From positions 305 through 64,304 of the forward strand of contig CADBQN010000049.1 in assembly GCA_902796855.1 (NCBI GenBank): a DNA stretch of 64,000 nt, given 5' to 3'. The translations under genes and the position numbers were made by a program. The notes beneath the pieces were generated by a model, which did no database searches, was not told the origin of the DNA, and saw only the letters and a list, made by a program, of their open reading frames with translations. This document shows positions 60,501 through 64,000 of the stretch, in pieces (position 1 is the stretch's first letter; the number at the start of each line of letters is the position of its first letter). This DNA is from an uncultured Bacillota bacterium (GTDB taxonomy: Bacteria > Bacillota > Dehalobacteriia > UBA7702).

Positions 60501-63500
60501 CGCCGGCCTGATCCAGATAGAAGGTGCAGGCAAAGGTCTGTTCCGTGTCACCGTTGGCAAGGGATTTTTCTTTCACGACGGACATCGTTTCCGAGCGGGT
60601 GCTGCCGTCCATCATATAGAGATCGAGGATCGCGTCGCTTTCTAATTTTCTGCCGCGGAAGGTGGCGCTGAACGTCCAGTATTTGTTCTTTTCCTCGCCG
60701 TTGGCGATGTAGACGTAGCGGTTCCACAGCGATTTCCGGCCGTTTTTAACGCTGTCGTAACGAGTGCCGGCGTGAATGAAATACATTTCCGTCAGTTCCG
60801 TTTCGGCGGTGGCGTAAAAGACTTCCTCGGCAGCGGTGACGGTGTTGCCGCCGCTGCCGATTTTGGCGGTGACGTCGGCGGAAACGCCGGTCACCGTGGC
60901 GGCGGGCAGATTCAGCAGCCCGGTGGCGTACCCCTTCTTATTGGTGGTCCAGACAACGGCCTTTCCGTCGCCGACCTGGAGGGTCACTTTCGTTTCCGGC
61001 GCGGCGATGACGGTGGCGGAGAAGTTCTTCGCGGTGATCACCCGGGCGGGAACGGTGAGCTTCAGAGCGAACGCGTCAAAACCGGCGCTGCCCAAAGGCA
61101 CCTTGACACCGCCGCTGGTAACGGCGGCGCTGAGGTTGTAGCTGCCGGCTTCCGTCGCCTTTACGGTGACGAAAAAGACGCCGCTGTTTTTGTCGTTTTG
61201 ATCCAGGGAGGTGATGTTCACGGTCTTGCCGTAATCCTTCCGGGCGGAGACGACGGAGGTCACGGTGAGTCCCTTGGGAACGTTGATGGTAAGGGCGCTC
61301 GCCGGGTGATCGGCCGCCATCCGGTAATTCAGACGGAAGCTGATTTCACTGCCGACGGCGGCTTCGGTCACCGGGGAGAGCACATCGCCCTTGGCGACGA
61401 GACCGGCGAGGGAAGAGAAATCGGCCTTGGGCACGGAGAGGGACGCGGCGGCGATGTCCACGGCCTTCACCGTGACCGCCGCTTTCGCGTAAGCGCTTTG
61501 GGCGATGCCCATGGCGGCTAAATCGCTTTCGGCGGCAAGGGAGGAGAAATAGGGATTATCGCCAAAGGCGATGACGGTGTATTTCCCGGCGGGAAGCTCC
61601 GCCACCTCAAAGGAGCCGTTTTCGGCCCTGCCCGAGGCGGCGAGCGCGCCTTTGCCGTTGAAGACGACAACATTGGCGCCGTCCGCTCCGGCGCCGGAGA
61701 CGGCGACCCGGAGGGAACCGGTATTCGACAGCGGCGTCAGCGCGCTTAAGGAGATGGTGCCGAGATTCCAGTCGGCGGTGAAATCTTTGGCCGCTTTGGT
61801 GTAGGTCTTATCGGCGTAGCCTTCCGCGCTGACGGTCACGGCGACGGCGACATTGCCGGGGGCTTCGGCGGAGAAGCTCTGACCGGAAAGGGCAGCGTCG
61901 AGAACTTTGCCGTCGGCGGCGATGCCGACGGAAGCGCCGGCCGGCAGCGTCCCGGTGATTTTATGGGGGATCACCGGCGGTTTTGAGGCGTCAAAGGGAA
62001 GGAATTTGACCTCTTCCTGCTCCGTCACGCCGTTTTCAAGCTCTTCCTTGTGCGTCCGCATCATCTCAAAGAAGGAAGGCGAGGTCTGCACCGTCATATC
62101 CCGGGGATAATAGATCGTTCCGGCGAAATCGCCCCAGAGAGTGCCCATTTCATATCCGTCCGTGATCTTGATATTTTTATTATAGATATAGTACGTCGGC
62201 GCGGGAGAATTCAGCCTGAACGTATAATATTTATATTCGCCGTCGGCAACGCCGGCAAAAGCCAGCCGGCTCAAAGTGTCAACGCGCTTCGGCAGGATGA
62301 TCGTGGTACCCGACAGACCGGTACAGGCGGTAAAAGCGTTTTCCCCAATGGTCAACGCTTTGGAACCGTCCTCAAAGGTCAGGGACTTCAGCTTCTCCCC
62401 GCCTGCAAAAGCGCCGGCACCGATGGAGGTGATCGTCGCCGGGATGGCCAGTTTTGTAAACCCGCAGTCAGAGAATGCTTCCTCGCCGATGGTCGTCACC
62501 CACGGCGGCAGCGAGGCAAAGGCGGCGTCGGGAAGAGACGTACAGCTCGCGAAAGCGCGGAAAGGAATTTCCGTAAAAGCGTTATTGTTCGGCCAGGTGA
62601 TACTCGTCAGTTTTTCACACCAACCAAAGGTTCTTTCCCCGATGCTCTCCAGAGAATCCGGCAGCACCAGCTTGGTAATGTTGCTCCCCGCAAAAACATC
62701 GTCACCAATGGAGACCAGGGTATCGGGAAGATTCAGCTCGGTGAGGTTTTCCGTGTCATAGAAAGCACTGTTTCCGATGGTTTTCGTATATTTCCCCAGC
62801 TTCAGCGATTTAAGATGAGCGCCGTAACCGTGACCGCTGTCCATCGCCATGCCGAAGGCGTAATCCGGAATATCCGTCACTTTATCGGGAAGGGACAGCT
62901 CCGTAATCTCACAGCCGGCGAAGGAATATTCGCCGATGGCCGTCAGGGCGTCGTCAAAGACGATGCTCTTCACGGAGAAACAGTCTTCGAAAGCGTTGTT
63001 CCCGACGGAGACGACGTGATTGGGCAGAACAATGCCGGTTTTCCCCGGCGCGGCGAAAGAGACCAGAGCCTCATCGCCGCTAAACGCGCTGTCCCCGATG
63101 GTTTTCAGCTGCGATTTACCGGTGCCGAGGGTCACCTTGGTCAGAACGAAATTCCGGAAAAAGGCGCGGCTGCCGATTTCCGTAACGGAATCCGGGATGA
63201 TGATTTCCTTCAGGCTCCGGCATTCGAGAAAGGCGTCTTTCCCTATTTTCGTCAGCTTGCTGCCGGAAGCGAAGGTAACGGCAGTCATTTCATCATGACC
63301 GGAAAAAGCTCCCTCCCCCAGTTCCGTGACGTTCGCGGGAATCGTCACGCTGTTGAGGCATTTCGCCCACGAATAAAAGGTTCGGTTGATCACTTTCAAC
63401 GGCTTGCCGTTGATGGTGTTGGGCAAAACGAGATCCAAAAGGGTACCTTCCCCGACATCCCCACCGATATTCTGCAGCACGGCATACGTTCCGGACTCGT

Positions 63501-63627
63501 CGGTGACCACATCGTAGCTGTAAACGAGGCCGTTGCTGTCGGTCCAGGTCTCCTCGGCGGAAACGCCGCCGGAAAACAGCGCCAGCAGCAGGAACACGGC
63601 GGAGAACACATAACATAACTTTCTCAT
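57568..63627 (-). CDS. Giant (2019 aa) cell-surface protein: signal peptide, BspA-type leucine-rich repeats, Ig-like/beta-rich middle, three C-terminal SLH domains
   Basis: Signal MRKLCYVFSAVFLLLALFSGGVSA. Repeated LRR_5-like units (..IPDSVTEIGSRAF.., ..LPDSLESIGERTF.., ..TIGEEAFSDC..) over roughly residues 60-480. C-terminal triplet F.DV.....YY...V.WAV...IT.GT....F.P...CTRGQ..TFL.R. Confidence 0.8.
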   Translation of the reverse strand: MRKLCYVFSAVFLLLALFSGGVSAEETWTDSNGLVYSYDVVTDESGTYAVLQNIGGDVGEGTLLDLVLPNTINGKPLKVINRTFYSWAKCLNSVTIPANVTELGEGAFSGHDEMTAVTFASGSKLTKIGKDAFLECRSLKEIIIPDSVTEIGSRAFFRNFVLTKVTLGTGKSQLKTIGDSAFSGDEALVSFAAPGKTGIVLPNHVVSVGNNAFEDCFSVKSIVFDDALTAIGEYSFAGCEITELSLPDKVTDIPDYAFGMAMDSGHGYGAHLKSLKLGKYTKTIGNSAFYDTENLTELNLPDTLVSIGDDVFAGSNITKLVLPDSLESIGERTFGWCEKLTSITWPNNNAFTEIPFRAFASCTSLPDAAFASLPPWVTTIGEEAFSDCGFTKLAIPATITSIGAGAFAGGEKLKSLTFEDGSKALTIGENAFTACTGLSGTTIILPKRVDTLSRLAFAGVADGEYKYYTFRLNSPAPTYYIYNKNIKITDGYEMGTLWGDFAGTIYYPRDMTVQTSPSFFEMMRTHKEELENGVTEQEEVKFLPFDASKPPVIPHKITGTLPAGASVGIAADGKVLDAALSGQSFSAEAPGNVAVAVTVSAEGYADKTYTKAAKDFTADWNLGTISLSALTPLSNTGSLRVAVSGAGADGANVVVFNGKGALAASGRAENGSFEVAELPAGKYTVIAFGDNPYFSSLAAESDLAAMGIAQSAYAKAAVTVKAVDIAAASLSVPKADFSSLAGLVAKGDVLSPVTEAAVGSEISFRLNYRMAADHPASALTINVPKGLTVTSVVSARKDYGKTVNITSLDQNDKNSGVFFVTVKATEAGSYNLSAAVTSGGVKVPLGSAGFDAFALKLTVPARVITAKNFSATVIAAPETKVTLQVGDGKAVVWTTNKKGYATGLLNLPAATVTGVSADVTAKIGSGGNTVTAAEEVFYATAETELTEMYFIHAGTRYDSVKNGRKSLWNRYVYIANGEEKNKYWTFSATFRGRKLESDAILDLYMMDGSTRSETMSVVKEKSLANGDTEQTFACTFYLDQAGDHIFDPALVPVGYDVDYSFAPKAIPWGKEHIDYLIAKADDSAKKRQQIVSKDDEDIMPYIFGRNYIISVRTEYIWYRYLPAEDQQAIVNLENALQDLFKAASLNAVKGIDEYDGWQQYLSDNGVDCKTGQNFNAEQLKKDGYTVSDDGKTAFKPKTDGSGDQTGIIYRNSDGELVDLDYEPFDIPPAKEHAIEQAINNADNVLPGIDGVSDADISAAVNKAFPNAADRPAAEKQAKAAVAKLKKTGVQAIPAAREGFKAYQVWQQSGKKADMDKAIDELKKDVELIDEQIQEAAKNHVSNDCVKALQWERYCADALLTQMSYLRRSSKIKYGIDGVFTYGGKLAGPYDKLVAGAAFDVNLAIDIAMINNAGYVDDASARYLRASLDRMRKCRKTNGRSNHGVYLNVQLDPSGTVYEAVESNLLAGVTATIYDVGNKKNWDAAAYDQVNPQTTAADGAYAWDVPTGQWKVNFKKDGYDNAATDTLTVPPPRMGLKTAMVSKAAPKVTAVNAYPDYVEILFSQYMDTAVPTVSGYTCKWVDPEPVSEGSRTAYAKILRLTPKTAPKVGDTVSFTLKGLKNYAGRALGNYDSGKLTVKVRPAKLEMNYNGQIAVLVGEAPVPRVTVRVLDTENKPIAGLNVTAAGYSDLLAEVTAVNAKTDQSGTAAFSVNGLLPGMTELTLAVEGTSLETTLPLLISVNSNQVARPTAVIGETALSAGAPKDNYVTVPAGTKLSLACATEGATIFYTLDDTCPCQNTAARKTYTEPVTLTEDAYFRVSAYKEGMEYSERLNIHVTVTGGTSFRFDDVTDEKAFYYTPVYWAVNHDPQITNGTDRNHFSPVATCTRGQVVTFLWRAKGCPEPASAKNPFTDVKSGAYYYKAVLWAVENGITQGTSKTTFGPDQGCTRGQVATFLHRTEGTPKAGGKNPFTDVKSGTYYYDAVLWAVANNITNGTSATMFSPDATCTRGQIVTFLYRDLAK

Positions 63628-63926
63628 TGAGTCATCCTCCTTGGCTTTGATTCGAATGTTCGGTACAGGGCGGCGGCGATCTCGTCAAAGAGAATCGCGG
63701 GGACTTCCTCGCCGGGGCCGCGGATATTGAGACGGGTAACCTCGGCGCCGTCCTTGAGAACGGCGGTGAGGTCCATCTCGCCGACGCGGCTGCCCTGGGC
63801 AAAGCGCAGAACCCCCGCCCGGCTGTCGGCCTGTTCCAGGAGAAAATCAAGCCGTTCCAGAACGTCGTAGATGGTGTTGAGCAAAATCACCTTGTCATAG
63901 GGGAACTCTCTCACGGCGGTTTTCAT
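63624..63926 (-). CDS. Hypothetical 100-aa protein translationally coupled to the giant surface-protein gene
   Basis: GGGGG-rich RBS 8 nt before ATG 63926. Its stop overlaps the downstream start (ATGA, 4-bp overlap at 63624-63627). No recognisable motif. Confidence 0.5.
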   Translation of the reverse strand: MKTAVREFPYDKVILLNTIYDVLERLDFLLEQADSRAGVLRFAQGSRVGEMDLTAVLKDGAEVTRLNIRGPGEEVPAILFDEIAAALYRTFESKPRRMTQ

Positions 63927-64000
63927 GTAAAACGCCCCCTTTCGGCAAAGCGGGACGGGCGGCCGCTCTCCCCGATACCGCCCGCCGCCGCGTCACCGTG

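Noticed and set aside
57766-63618. Forward-strand ORFs of 959 aa (57766-60645), 522 aa (62050-63618) and several shorter ones
   Set aside because: All are antisense to the 2019-aa surface-protein gene. They have no signal, no domains, no RBS and Gly/Arg/Asp-rich pseudo-sequence.

Overview
GC-rich chromosomal segment from a spore-forming, SLH/S-layer-bearing Firmicute (Clostridia-like). Most of it is conserved housekeeping DNA whose gene order resembles the Bacillus ywlC-atp-ywmB-spoIID region. Reverse-strand content, left to right: (i) a one-carbon/formate array, metF (partial, absent from the ORF track), folD, fchA, fhs, a LysR regulator and an FNT formate channel, directly downstream of [FeFe]-hydrogenase maturation genes (TM1266-like regulator, hydG, hydF); (ii) an LTA-synthase-like protein and a GH26 protein (forward strand); (iii) an exported alpha/beta-hydrolase lipoprotein, a MerR/GyrI-like regulator and a stand-alone cobalamin riboswitch; (iv) spoIID and ywmB; (v) an accessory insert with a Na+/solute symporter, an Ala-rich secreted protein and a glutathionylspermidine-synthase-like ATP-grasp protein; (vi) the full F1Fo ATP synthase operon atpZ-I-B-E-F-H-A-G-D-C; (vii) wecB, dCMP deaminase, rpiB, an LMW phosphatase, an SLH-anchored endonuclease I and tsaC; (viii) a divergent MoxR(CoxD-like)/VWA(CoxE-like) pair plus a membrane protein; (ix) tmRNA. 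These are followed by ybaK, a P-loop ATPase, uvrB-uvrA-uvrC, an ABC-F protein, an AT-rich islet with an orphan TetR, cmk-plsC-ispH::rpsA, an amino-acid ABC transporter and a 2019-aa LRR/SLH surface protein. I saw no CRISPR array, transposase, integrase, rRNA or tRNA. The least conventional signal is regulatory rather than a new protein system. A cobalamin riboswitch has its own near-consensus promoter and two tandem terminators, is attached to no B12-related gene, and is bracketed by a 13-nt repeat that competes with its P1 helix. It sits upstream of a MerR-family regulator, and a perfect 22-bp palindrome fills the 20-bp spacer of the promoter of the downstream exported hydrolase. A second unclassified terminator-containing leader precedes the hydrogenase-maturation operon. 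Many long ORFs in the track are antisense shadow ORFs typical of GC-rich DNA and were rejected. All family assignments rest on motifs read by eye and need HMM or BLAST confirmation.
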